DNA of 64,000 nt from the NCBI GenBank assembly GCA_022822375.1, contig JAJEBU010000055.1:70695-134694 (forward strand), given 5' to 3'. The DNA is from Dehalococcoidia bacterium. Lineage in GTDB: Bacteria; Chloroflexota; Dehalococcoidia; Bin125. The notes under the pieces were generated by a model. The model searched no databases and was not told where the DNA came from. It saw only the letters and a list, made by a program, of their open reading frames with translations. Shown piece after piece: positions 27,389 to 34,872 of this stretch. The position numbers and the translations under genes were made by a program. Within the stretch, counting starts at the first letter, position 1, and every line of letters begins with the position of its first letter.

Positions 27389-28276
27389 TCAGTCGGCGCG
27401 AGTTCGCGCTCGCAGGGCCAGGGCGGCGATCGTCATGGTGAACGCGCTGAACCCAGCCAGAGCGACGAAGGCCCAGTGCAGTCCTGGCGGGTCGTCCTGG
27501 ATTGGGCGGCCATCGGCCCCGAGCACGGGAATGCCATTCTCCAGCACGAGCCAACCGTAGTCCTCGATGACCAGCTGGCGCATGCCCTCCATGATGTAGG
27601 TGACAGGGTTGACGGTGGCGATCCAGCGCAGCCAATCGTCGAAGATCGCCAGCGGCGCGAAGGCTGGCGCCATGAACAGCAGCGGGAAAAACAACAAGAA
27701 CCCGGCCTGCGCGGCTTGCGCGTTGCCCGTGCGCATGGCGATGAAGATGCCAATCCCGCTGTAGGCTCCACCGAACAGTCCGGCGATGACCAGAATGACA
27801 ATCGCCCCGCCAACCCCGGCGGCCATGCCCGAGCCGGCGATCAGCGCGGCGATCAGCATGATGGTGGCGAAGAAGACGGCGCGCACAGCGTCGGCCCAGA
27901 CGCGGCCGATGATCAGTGACCAACGCGACGCCGGCGTCAGCAGCAGTTTGTCGAAGTAGCCGCGCTCCATGTCCAGCACGATCGCGATCCCCGACGCTGA
28001 GGACGATCCCGCTACTGCTTGCAGCACCGCTACCGGCAGCTGGAAGGCGAGATAGTTCTCGACGCCGAAGCCGCGGTCTGAGAAGTTGGCGATCGCGCCG
28101 GTGGAGACCGCCAGGAAAAAGAGCGGGATGAAAATGTTAGTGACTTCGACGCCCGGCTGGCGCAGCGACTCGCGGATCGCGCGGCCGGCGAGGAAGCGCG
28201 CATCGGCCAGGACGCGCAGCACCCCAGCCTCCTGAGAGGCCGAGCTGGACAGCTGCGGTGATTCCCGCACGCTCAT
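27389..28276 (-). CDS. ABC-2 type transporter permease
   Basis: 295-aa ORF with about six hydrophobic spans. ATGA-type overlap with the upstream ATPase gene. Confidence 0.85.
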   Translation of the reverse strand: MSVRESPQLSSSASQEAGVLRVLADARFLAGRAIRESLRQPGVEVTNIFIPLFFLAVSTGAIANFSDRGFGVENYLAFQLPVAVLQAVAGSSSASGIAIVLDMERGYFDKLLLTPASRWSLIIGRVWADAVRAVFFATIMLIAALIAGSGMAAGVGGAIVILVIAGLFGGAYSGIGIFIAMRTGNAQAAQAGFLLFFPLLFMAPAFAPLAIFDDWLRWIATVNPVTYIMEGMRQLVIEDYGWLVLENGIPVLGADGRPIQDDPPGLHWAFVALAGFSAFTMTIAALALRARTRAD

Positions 28277-29340
28277 CCTGAGCCTCCCGGCGGTCCAGAT
28301 TGGGTAGGGTCGCCCGGCTCGATGCGGTGACCGGTGGCGCGGAAGAACACGTCGTCCAGCGTGGCGCGGGCGAGGCGCAGATTGCTGAACGGCAGCGATT
28401 CGTCGTCGAGTGAGCGAACGACGCGGGCCAGCGTCTCATGGCCGTTCTTGGTGTACACCGCGACGCCCTCGTTGAAGTCCCAGCTGGCGTCCTCGACATT
28501 GGGCAGCTGGATCAGCGCGTTGACGGCGCGTTGCTGGATCAGCTCGTCGCCCTCCACCTGGACATAGATCACGTCGTTCGAGACGGTCGCCTTGAGCTCG
28601 TCGGGCGTGCCTTGCTGGACGATCTCGCCGGCGTCCAGGATCGCGATCTCGTCGCAGAGCAGGTCGGCCTCATCCAGGTACTGGGTGGTCAAGAAGAAGG
28701 TCACGCCGTCAACACGGTTGAGATGCTGGACGTAGTCCCAGACGGCTTGACGGCTGACTGGGTCGAGGCCCGTCGTGGGCTCGTCGAGGAAGATGATCGA
28801 CGGCGAATGGACCAACGCTGAGGCGAGGTCGAGCCGCCGCTGCATGCCACCCGAGTAGCCGCCGATGCGACGGTCGGCATCTTCGGTCAGGTCGACCACG
28901 TCGAGCAGTTCGGCGACGCGCGACTCGATCTGGTCGCGCGGGATGTTGTAGAGCCGCGACTGGAGTCTCAGCAGCTCGCGGCCGGTTTGCAGAATGTCGA
29001 GCCCTGCATCTTGCAGCGCGACCCCGATCGAGCGTCGAATCTCCCGGTCGTCAGCGTAGATGTCGTGACCGGCGACTCTGGCAGAGCCGGATGTCGGCCG
29101 CAGGAGCGTCGTCAGCATGCGGACGGTCGTCGACTTGCCGCTGCCGTTTTGGCCGAGGAATCCGAAGATCTGTCCTGGTCGCACCCGCAGATCGATGCCG
29201 TTGACGGCGTGGATGTCGCCGAAGTGCTTGACCAGTCCGTGCGCCTCGATCGCGGGCGCAGCGTCCCGATCATGTTGAGGCGCGGTAGCGGCGAGCCCGC
29301 TCAGCAGGCGTTCACTAATGCTCGGCGGTTGAGTCGACAT
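28273..29340 (-). CDS. ABC transporter ATP-binding protein (DrrA/ABC-2 type)
   Basis: Track ORF trimmed to the ATG at 29340 (MSTQPPS). Walker A GQNGSGKST, signature YSGGMQRRL, Walker B IIFLDEPT. Confidence 0.9.
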   Translation of the reverse strand: MSTQPPSISERLLSGLAATAPQHDRDAAPAIEAHGLVKHFGDIHAVNGIDLRVRPGQIFGFLGQNGSGKSTTVRMLTTLLRPTSGSARVAGHDIYADDREIRRSIGVALQDAGLDILQTGRELLRLQSRLYNIPRDQIESRVAELLDVVDLTEDADRRIGGYSGGMQRRLDLASALVHSPSIIFLDEPTTGLDPVSRQAVWDYVQHLNRVDGVTFFLTTQYLDEADLLCDEIAILDAGEIVQQGTPDELKATVSNDVIYVQVEGDELIQQRAVNALIQLPNVEDASWDFNEGVAVYTKNGHETLARVVRSLDDESLPFSNLRLARATLDDVFFRATGHRIEPGDPTQSGPPGGSG

Positions 29341-29427
29341 CCGCGCTAGCGTATCGATCTGCGTTGCGGCTGTGCAGCATTCGGTCGGGCTTCGCTGACG
29401 GACGATGACAATGGCGCGACACAACGT

Positions 29428-29841
29428 CTACACGGGGCGGAAGACCGGCACCGGATAGGCGTCGTCGCCGTCCTGCTCCTCAAACTCCACCTGCACTCGC
29501 TGGCCGATGTGGATATCGGTGACGGGGTTGTCCACGCCGACCACCGTGCTCATCATGCGGAAGCCCTCATCGAGGTCGATGTAGGCGACGGCATAGGCTC
29601 CGAGTTCCTGGAACCCTGGCATGCGGTTCTGGCGCACGACGGAGTAGGTGTAGACCGTCCCCAGCCCGGCCGAGACATGCCAGGTCAGATCGCGGTCGCC
29701 GGTCACCGTCGAGTGTCCGCGCGGATAGAAGACGACGTTGCCGTCGGCATCGGTCTGGTAGCGCAGTTCACCGGCCTTGCAGCCCTCCCAGAAGTGCTGC
29801 GTGTCGGGCTCGGGGAAGCTTGGTTGCGGTCGATTGGCCAT
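29428..29841 (-). CDS. DUF35 OB-fold (acyl-CoA-associated) protein, zinc-ribbon cysteines absent
   Basis: 137-aa ORF. FWEGCKAGELRYQ...GTVYTYSVV...YAVAYIDLDEGFRMMS...IGQRVQVEF matches the DUF35 layout. Paired with a thiolase-like gene. Confidence 0.75.
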   Translation of the reverse strand: MANRPQPSFPEPDTQHFWEGCKAGELRYQTDADGNVVFYPRGHSTVTGDRDLTWHVSAGLGTVYTYSVVRQNRMPGFQELGAYAVAYIDLDEGFRMMSTVVGVDNPVTDIHIGQRVQVEFEEQDGDDAYPVPVFRPV

Positions 29842-29859
29842 GATGATCTACCTCTCGTG

Positions 29860-29907
29860 CAGGGGCGGGATTGCCCTCGCCCTGGCCCTCTCCCAGCGGG
29901 AGAGGGG
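29860..29907. repeat. REP-like GC-rich double hairpin between thiolase-like and DUF35 genes
   Basis: CAGGGGCG...CGCCCTG (bulged stem), then the perfect CCCTCTCCC-AGC-GGGAGAGGG (29886-29906). Confidence 0.5.
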
Positions 29908-29922
29908 ATCGACAGTACGCGA

Positions 29923-31107
29923 TTAGTCAGCGGCGAGAATGACGGTGCCGCCGGTGTGGGTGCCTCCGAGCAACCCGCCATTGCCGTGCGCCACGGCGAG
30001 CTTGGCGCCGTCAACCTGGCTGGTCGATTCACCGCGCAGCTGGCGCACAGACTCGAGCAGCAGGAAGAGCCCGCGCATCCCCGGGTGGTTCGACGACAGG
30101 CCGCCGCCGTCGGTGTTGAGCGTCAGGCCAGGCTGATCGAATGCCAGGTGTCCGTCGTTGATGAACTCGCCGACCTCCCCCTTCGCGCAGAAGCCGAGGT
30201 CTTCGAGCATCACCGCGACGGTGATGCTGAACGAGTCGTAGATCATCGCGATATCTATCTCGTCAGGCGTGACGCCGGCCTGCGCGAAGGCGGCGGGAGC
30301 GCTCTGCGCGCCGGCGGATGTGGTGATGTCGCCGTTGTTCTCTCGGTACTTCGTCGCTTCGCCGGCCCCGATGATCCAGACAGGCTTTTTCTTGATGTCG
30401 CGCGCGATCTCGGGCGAGACGAAGACCGCCGCACCACCGCCGTCCGAAATCATGCAGCACTCAAGCAGGTGCAGCGGGTCGGCGATGATGCGCGATTCGA
30501 GCACATCCTCGACGGTGATCTCGTCGACCTTGACGAACTGCAGGTCGGTCATCGCCTTGACCGCTTCAGGATTGCGCATCGCGTGCTTTCGGGTGGCAAC
30601 CGAGATCTGCGCCAGCTGCTCGGTCGTCGTGCCGTACTCGTGCATGTGACGGTGCGCGACCATGGCGTAGTTGGAGATCAGCGTCGAGCCGTAGGGGGAT
30701 TCCATGTTCTGCTGCCACGACGCGCCGCCGCGGCCGAGCCCACCGGTGCCAATCGGCGTGCGCTGGGTCGCCGCGGTGGAGCCGTACGTGGTCACGGCGA
30801 CGTTGCAGCGGCCCGCGGCGATGTCGCGCAGCGCGTGCGAGGCGTGAAACTCGTACGAGGACCCGCCAACCTGTGTGGTGTCGAGCAAGCGCGGCTTGAT
30901 GCCGAGATAGGCGGCCAAACCCAGCCCGCCGCCACCTTCGCCGTCGAGCGCGTCGTACAGTCCGTCGACATCGCCCCAATCGAGGCCGGCGTCATCAAGC
31001 GCCCGCTTCATTGAGTCGGCCTTGATCTGCATCGATGAGACGCCGGGCGCCACTCTCAGTGGGTACTCATGAATGCCGGCGATTGCCGCCAGTCGTTCCT
31101 GTGCCAT
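29923..31107 (-). CDS. thiolase-fold, SCP2/lipid-transfer-type protein
   Basis: Track ORF trimmed to the ATG at 31107 (MAQERLAAIAG). Thiolase-like sequence throughout (CMISDGGGAAVFVS, VAHGNGG). Classic pairing with a DUF35 gene. Confidence 0.8.
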   Translation of the reverse strand: MAQERLAAIAGIHEYPLRVAPGVSSMQIKADSMKRALDDAGLDWGDVDGLYDALDGEGGGGLGLAAYLGIKPRLLDTTQVGGSSYEFHASHALRDIAAGRCNVAVTTYGSTAATQRTPIGTGGLGRGGASWQQNMESPYGSTLISNYAMVAHRHMHEYGTTTEQLAQISVATRKHAMRNPEAVKAMTDLQFVKVDEITVEDVLESRIIADPLHLLECCMISDGGGAAVFVSPEIARDIKKKPVWIIGAGEATKYRENNGDITTSAGAQSAPAAFAQAGVTPDEIDIAMIYDSFSITVAVMLEDLGFCAKGEVGEFINDGHLAFDQPGLTLNTDGGGLSSNHPGMRGLFLLLESVRQLRGESTSQVDGAKLAVAHGNGGLLGGTHTGGTVILAAD

Positions 31108-31179
31108 CTCACAACCTTTCCGCGTCGGGGGATCGGACACAGGCTAGCGCCGATCCAGGCTCAGGCGTAGCCTGCGCTC

Positions 31180-31845
31180 ATGCGCATTGGCCTGATTTCC
31201 GACACGCACCTGCCCCAGTTGCTGCACTCGATGGACGACCTGGGCCCGCAGACCGGCCAGGCCCTGCGCGGCGTTGACCTGATCCTGCACGGCGGCGACA
31301 TCACCGTGCCGGCCGTTTTGGACTGGTGCGAGCAGTTCGCGCCCGTGCTCGCCGTACGGGGCAACAACGACATTTTCGAGGACTCACGCCTGGCAGAGCT
31401 GCAGTTTGTGGACATTGAGGGGTTCCGGATTGGACTCGCTCACGAGCTGCGGCCTGAGTCGCGTCCCATCGCGGAGATTTTGGACGCGTCGCTCAACGGC
31501 GAAGTTGTGGATGTCTTGATCGGCGGCGACACGCATGTCGAACGGCTCGAGTATCGCGACGATGTGCTGCTGATCAATCCGGGCAGTCCGTCGCTGCCGC
31601 ACCATCTGTCGACCAGGTTGGGCGCGATCGGCATGCTGACCGTGACGCCAAACCGCCTGCAGGCCGAGATCATTGCGCTCGGCCCTAGTGACGGTCAGCG
31701 CAATCCGACACGTCCGCAGCATGTGGTCGTGGAACACGGCGCGGTCTCATCCGCCTCGTTGGACGGACACGACATTGCCCCGTCCGAGTTCCTCAAGGCG
31801 CCGCACGAGCGTGTCGTTCCCGCAAGTGAGTTGAAGGGAGTCTGA
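31180..31845 (+). CDS. metallophosphoesterase (YfcE/MJ0936-like)
   Basis: 221-aa ORF. MRIGLISDTHL, HGGDI, RGNND, GGDTH. Confidence 0.85.
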   Translation: MRIGLISDTHLPQLLHSMDDLGPQTGQALRGVDLILHGGDITVPAVLDWCEQFAPVLAVRGNNDIFEDSRLAELQFVDIEGFRIGLAHELRPESRPIAEILDASLNGEVVDVLIGGDTHVERLEYRDDVLLINPGSPSLPHHLSTRLGAIGMLTVTPNRLQAEIIALGPSDGQRNPTRPQHVVVEHGAVSSASLDGHDIAPSEFLKAPHERVVPASELKGV

Positions 31846-31846
31846 G

Positions 31847-32632
31847 ATGGATCTGCACCTCGACGGCAAGCGCGCGCTCGTCACTGGCGGCAGTCGCGGC
31901 ATCGGCAAGGCCATCGCCCGTGTGCTGCAGGAGGAGGGTTGCGAGGTGGCGATTGCGGCGCGCGATCCCGAGCGGCTGGCCGCGGCAGCGGCGGAGCTCG
32001 GCGTCGCGGCGTGGTTCGCCTTCGACGCGTCAGACGATCAGTCCGTGCAGTCCATGGTGGATGGCGCGGCCGCTGCGCTCGGCGGCCTCGACATCCTGGT
32101 CAACAACGCCGCATCGCCTGGCAGCGTGCACGGACCGCTGCCGTTGGCCGAGCTGACCGCCGATCACGCGCTCGCCGATTTGCAGGTCAAAGTGCTCGGC
32201 TACCTGCGAGCCTCGCGTGCGGCAGCCCCGTACATGCAGCGCAACGGCTGGGGACGGATCATCAACATCTCCGGGCTCGCCGCGAGAGGCAGCGGCAACA
32301 CCGTCGGATCGATCCGCAACGTCTCCGTCGCCGCGTTGACCAAGAATCTCGCCGACGAACTCGGACCCGACGGGATCAACGTGACGGTCATTCATCCCGG
32401 CCTGACTCGCACCGAAGCGACGCCGGCCCGCATTCAGCAGATTGCTGACTCCAATGGCATTTCGCTTGCAGACGCCGAAGCACGCATGGCTGCTGGCAAC
32501 AGCGTGCGAACCATCATCGATTCCGACGACATCGCCAACATCACGGCGTTCCTCGCGTCACCGAAATCGATCGCCATCACCGGCGACACCATCGCCGCGG
32601 GCGGAGGCGTCGGACGCGGCATCCACTACTGA
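31847..32632 (+). CDS. SDR-family oxidoreductase
   Basis: 261-aa ORF. VTGGSRGIGKAIA and NNAA. Confidence 0.85.
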   Translation: MDLHLDGKRALVTGGSRGIGKAIARVLQEEGCEVAIAARDPERLAAAAAELGVAAWFAFDASDDQSVQSMVDGAAAALGGLDILVNNAASPGSVHGPLPLAELTADHALADLQVKVLGYLRASRAAAPYMQRNGWGRIINISGLAARGSGNTVGSIRNVSVAALTKNLADELGPDGINVTVIHPGLTRTEATPARIQQIADSNGISLADAEARMAAGNSVRTIIDSDDIANITAFLASPKSIAITGDTIAAGGGVGRGIHY

Positions 32633-32649
32633 GCGATCGGGGCTTCCCG

Positions 32650-33363
32650 CTACGGTCCATCGGCGTAGATGCGGAATCCGTAGTCGTTATATCGATAGCT
32701 GGGCGACAGGCTCGATCTCGCACTGACGCGTGTGAACTTGATCCGGTGCCGCCATGAACCGCCGCGGCTCGCCCGTCGCGTCCCCGACGCAGGCCCGGTG
32801 GGCGACGTCGACGGCGATACGTCATAGAAATTGCGGCTGTACCAATCCACACACCATTCATGCACATTGTCGGCCATGCAGTACAGCCCGTAGCCGTTCC
32901 GACACGATGGCCCAGGAACATGCGGACGATTGAACGTTGCAACGTCGCTGCGAATGGGAGCGTCGGGCCACGACTCCTCAGGATCAGGCCAATCTGCGCC
33001 TGCAATGCCGCCGCGCGCGGCATACTCTCGCTCGGCTTCCGTCGGTAGACGCACTGGTACGCCGGTCACCTCTGCGAGCCACGCGCAGTATGCCGACGCG
33101 TCATGCCAGGAGATTCCGACAACCGGCGCATCAGGGATGTCGAAGCCGTCTTGCGACCAGAACGGAGGCGCGGGCGCGTCGGTTCGACGTACAAACTCGG
33201 CATACTCTGAGTTACTGACTGGTCGCGGCGCAGCCCGAAACGGCCCCACGCGGACGCTGTGAGCCGGCCGTTCGTCGCGTCGACGATCATCGGCACCCAT
33301 GACAAACTCGCCGCCGGCCAACGATAGGAGTGCAATCTCAAGCAGCTTGGTCGTGGTCATCAT
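32650..33363 (-). CDS. FGE-sulfatase (SUMF1/EgtB/PvdO) family protein lacking the FGE cysteine pair
   Basis: 237-aa ORF. GISWHDASAYCAWL, HEWCVDWY, RGGSWRH, YGFR. Confidence 0.8.
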   Translation of the reverse strand: MMTTTKLLEIALLSLAGGEFVMGADDRRRDERPAHSVRVGPFRAAPRPVSNSEYAEFVRRTDAPAPPFWSQDGFDIPDAPVVGISWHDASAYCAWLAEVTGVPVRLPTEAEREYAARGGIAGADWPDPEESWPDAPIRSDVATFNRPHVPGPSCRNGYGLYCMADNVHEWCVDWYSRNFYDVSPSTSPTGPASGTRRASRGGSWRHRIKFTRVSARSSLSPSYRYNDYGFRIYADGP

Positions 33364-33452
33364 CGCACGATACCGCCTGCCCGCCGGGGAACACGGCGAT
33401 GTGCCGCGTGGATGCGGCGATCATCTGCACAGCTGACACTACAACTGAAAGC

Positions 33453-34760
33453 TTAAGCAGATGAGAGTGCATCGCGGATGACGGCTCGGTCTACCAGCTC
33501 GTCGATCTGATCATCGTCGAAGCCGATCTCGGCCAGGATCGCTCGAGTATCGCTGGCAAACGCCGACGGCGCATGCGCCGGTTGGAAGCCGGCCTCATCG
33601 AGCGCGACCGGCGGGGCCATGATTCTGATCTGTCCGACTGCTGGGTGTTCCAGGTCGTACAGCATGTCATTCGCGGCAACCTGCGGGTCGTCGATCAGTT
33701 CAAAGGGCAGCAGGACCCTCGATGCAGGCACACCGGCATCGGTGAGGGCATCCTCCCACTCCTGTGTGGTTCGCGACGCCATGATCGATTCCGCCTTCTG
33801 CTGCAGCGCGGGATAGTACTCGGGATCCTCGATCTCGTCGCCCGCGTACTGATCGTCCAGCCCCACGACGTCGCTGAACGCGGCGCGCAGCTTGCGGCTG
33901 CCGCCCGCGACGGCAATCCAGCCGTCGGCGGTCGTGTACGTGCGGAAGTAGATGTCGGCCATGGTCCGCGCCCGCGCCGACGGCTGGGCGGCGCGTTGCT
34001 CGTCATAGCCGGCGCCATGTTCGCGCAACACGTCCAGCTGCGCTCGAGACGCCTCGTGGACGGGTCCATCGGCAGACTCGACGCGCAGCATCTGGGTGTT
34101 GTTCAGGGTCAGCGCTGCCTGCATCAGCGACGCGTGGACCTCTCCGCCCTCCCCCGTGACCGTGCGGCGCAGCAACGCCGACGCGATGCCGAAGGCGAGC
34201 GACATCGCGGCCATGTAATCCGCGCTGACTGGATCGCCGCTCATCGGCCGGCCGTCAATCTGCCGACCATTCGCCATCATCAACCCACTCCGCGCCTGCA
34301 CGACAATGTCCATCCCCGCCAGGCCCGCGTCTGGTCCATAACGTCCGAAGGGCGTGACCGAAGCGATGACCAGGCGAGGAAATCGTCGCCGCAGCGTGGC
34401 GGCATCGAGGCCAAACGTCTCGGCCAGGCCCGGCCGAAAGTTCATCATGGCAACGTCTGCGTGCTCCAGCAAGGCATCGATCACGGCGCCAGCCCCCTCG
34501 TGCCGCAGGTGCAGCGGCAGCGATCGCTTGCCGCGGTTTCGGGACAGGAAGGTGCGAGACTCCATCGGCGCGTACTGTCCCAGCCGTCGTACGGGATCAC
34601 CGTCCAGCGACTCGATCTTGATCACGTCGGCACCGCCCTCGGCCAGCAGTTGAGCGGCGAACGGCACGGCCACGAACTGCCCGAACTCGACCACCCGAAT
34701 ACCATCGAACGGTTGCTCGCGGACCGATTGGGAAGATTGGCTGGGCATCAGGCGCTCCAT
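33453..34760 (-). CDS. family III CoA-transferase (CaiB/BaiF)
   Basis: 435-aa ORF. GIRVVEFGQFVAVPFAAQLLAEGGADVIKIE is typical of the family. Confidence 0.9.
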   Translation of the reverse strand: MERLMPSQSSQSVREQPFDGIRVVEFGQFVAVPFAAQLLAEGGADVIKIESLDGDPVRRLGQYAPMESRTFLSRNRGKRSLPLHLRHEGAGAVIDALLEHADVAMMNFRPGLAETFGLDAATLRRRFPRLVIASVTPFGRYGPDAGLAGMDIVVQARSGLMMANGRQIDGRPMSGDPVSADYMAAMSLAFGIASALLRRTVTGEGGEVHASLMQAALTLNNTQMLRVESADGPVHEASRAQLDVLREHGAGYDEQRAAQPSARARTMADIYFRTYTTADGWIAVAGGSRKLRAAFSDVVGLDDQYAGDEIEDPEYYPALQQKAESIMASRTTQEWEDALTDAGVPASRVLLPFELIDDPQVAANDMLYDLEHPAVGQIRIMAPPVALDEAGFQPAHAPSAFASDTRAILAEIGFDDDQIDELVDRAVIRDALSSA

Positions 34761-34872
34761 TCGCTGCGCTGACCGTGATCATCGGGATGCTCGTTGGTTA
34801 CGATTGGACGCTACCACTCGCGGTCTGGAGCGACGCTGGACGATTCCGAGCGCAGGATCGCAGGAAGGAACG

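Noticed and set aside
25962-29424. Genomic island integrated at the tRNA-Arg gene (sodN-sodC-ABC-2 cluster)
   Set aside because: No integrase is present. I found no direct repeat of the tRNA 3' end downstream, only an 8-nt GAGTCCTC match at 27276-27283. I see no compositional break by eye.
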